Assembly: GCF_001194135.2 (NCBI RefSeq)
Contig: NC_068996.1
Span: 46,293,825-46,329,878, forward strand
Length of the DNA stretch: 36,054 nucleotides
Direction: 5' to 3'
From: Octopus bimaculoides
Lineage: Eukaryota
The position numbers and the translations under genes were made by a program. Position 1 is the first letter of the stretch. Every line of letters begins with the position of its first letter. The notes under the pieces are model-generated. The model was given only the letters and a program-made list of their open reading frames with translations. It was not told the origin of the DNA and ran no database searches. Of the stretch, positions 34,297 through 36,054 are shown piece after piece.

Positions 34297-35642
34297 CAGG
34301 GGTTGGACAAAATAATGGAAACACCTAGCATCATAACATCATAATTTTGAAATATCTATAAAACCATCAAAAGCTTGTTTATTTTTATGTTTTTTTGATT
34401 TATTGTTAGTGTTGCTTAACATGTTTTGCTAAAATTGCTGTTTCTTTTCAGATTTCATCAGAAAAAGATAATTAAAATTCATTAAAATGACAGATCTATT
34501 TGACTTTCAAAGAGGTCAAATTGTTGGTGTTCGTATTGCAGGCGCTAGCATAACAAAGACAGCCAAAATATTTGGTGTATCAAAAAGTACTGTCTTGAAA
34601 GTAATGACAGCCTTTGAGAAAGTGGGAAAAACCTCCTCGTCGAAACAAAACTCCGGAAGAAAACCAAAACTTTCAGATATGGACCGTTGGACTCTTACGC
34701 GAATTGTTAGAAAGGATCACAAAAGTACAGCCCCCAAAATTAATGCAGAACTTAATGACCACTTTGAGAACCCAGTTTCCACAAAAACTGTTCACCGGGA
34801 GCTACGCTAAGCTGGATTTCACAGGAGGGCTGCAATCAGGAAACCACTACTTTCAAAAACAAACGCTAAACCTACAGAATTGGTCCTAGCAGTGGAAGAA
34901 TGTTATTTTCTCAGACGAGTCATCCTTTACCTTACTTCTGACTAAGTATGCATGTGGAGACAACCAAAAGAAGCATTTGACCTATACTGCCTTCTTCCAA
35001 CTGTTAAACATGGAGGATGATCTNNNNNNNNNNNNNNNNNNNNNNNNNNNNNNNNNNNNNNNNNNNNNNNNNNNNNNNNNNNNNNNNNNNNNNNNNNNNN
35101 NNNNNNNNNNNNNNNNNNNNNNNNNNNNNNNNNNNNNNNNNNNNNNNNNTTGGAAACCCACCGGCCCAATGGTTTCCCTTCAAGGCAGAATTAATAGTCA
35201 AGACTATTTAAGAATTTTATCTGATCAAATTCATCCTATAGTTGTGAAACTGTTTCTAGAGGGAAACGCAATCTTTCAGGATGATAATGTACCAATTCAC
35301 ACAGCTAAAGTTGTTACTGAATGGCATGAGGAATATTCTAGTGAAGTTGAACATCTTATTTAGCCACCACAGTCTTCAGATTTCAATATTATTGAACATT
35401 TATGGTGCATTTTAGAAAAAATGAGTAAGGAGTCGATATCCTCCACCATCATCACTACAAGAACTGGAGACTGTTTTAGCTGAAGAATGGACTTAAAAAT
35501 TCCTTTGGAAATAATTCAAACTTTGTACGAGTCCATACCTCATAGAATTCAAGCTGTAATTACTGCAAAAGGAGGTCCTACCCCATATCAAAATATTTTG
35601 CTTGAAATTTTAAAGTGTTTCCATTATTTTGTCCAACCCCTG
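34297..35642 (+). mobile_element. Tc1-type DNA transposon with both TIRs (DD36E spacing)
   Basis: Perfect 28-bp TIRs CAGGGGTTGGACAAAATAATGGAAACAC (34297-34324 / 35615-35642). TA on the right; CA (a mutated TA?) on the left. Confidence 0.9.
34487..35590 (+). pseudogene. Disrupted Tc1 transposase
   Basis: MTDLFDFQRGQIVG...GRKPKLS HTH region; IFSDESSF (first D); FQDDN (second D); NIIEHLW (E); ...KGGPTPY end. Contains stops, frameshifts and an N-gap. Confidence 0.88.
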
Positions 35643-35754
35643 TATCTATGTGAGTGTGTCTCTGTTTGTGCCCTTATCACTGCTTGACAACCGGTGTTGG
35701 TGTGTTTACATCCCTGTAACTTAACTGTTTTACTGGAATTAGGTCTGTTGCGCA

Positions 35755-35834
35755 AATATATGAGTGTATATGTGTATGTGTGTATGTATACATGTGGAGG
35801 CATGTGAGAATGTGTGTGCATATATATGTGTGTG

Positions 35835-35866
<32 letters not shown>

Positions 35867-35972
35867 GATATATATTTGTGTGTGTATGTATGTATATGTA
35901 TGTGTATGTGTATATATATGTGTGTGTATATATATATGTGTGTGTGTATGTATATATATTTGGGTGTGTATG

Positions 35973-36024
<52 letters not shown>

Positions 36025-36054
36025 CGTGTATAAAAATATGTGTATGTGCATGTT
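35755..36054. repeat. Compound (TA)n/(TG)n/(TATG)n microsatellite
   Basis: Directly visible. Confidence 0.9.

Overview
AT-rich, microsatellite-dense, gapped eukaryotic genomic DNA. The SINE, LINE and MITE content suggests a cephalopod (Octopus-like) genome; this is an inference, no search was run. Only one host-gene piece is recognisable: the terminal coding exon of an N-acetylglucosamine-6-phosphate deacetylase (AMDHD2/NagA) on the minus strand (4375-4553), with an acceptor site and a candidate polyA signal. Most of the rest is layered transposable-element debris: tRNA-derived SINEs, RTE and R4/Dong-type LINE fragments, mariner, hAT and piggyBac relics or MITEs, a TIR-complete Tc1 element with DD36E spacing, and a decayed Penelope-like element (PLE) with a GIY-YIG endonuclease. 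The least explained signal is a set of hammerhead-ribozyme (HHR) motifs in four different sequence contexts. These are (1) a tRNA-headed non-autonomous element with an inverted 5' duplication and 12-13 bp TSDs (two copies), (2) an apparently intact type I HHR with an unusually long stem II, (3) two ~175 bp direct repeats each carrying a variant HHR core (retrozyme-like), and (4) a degenerate HHR behind the PLE ORF. Most ORF-track entries are microsatellite or N-gap artefacts.
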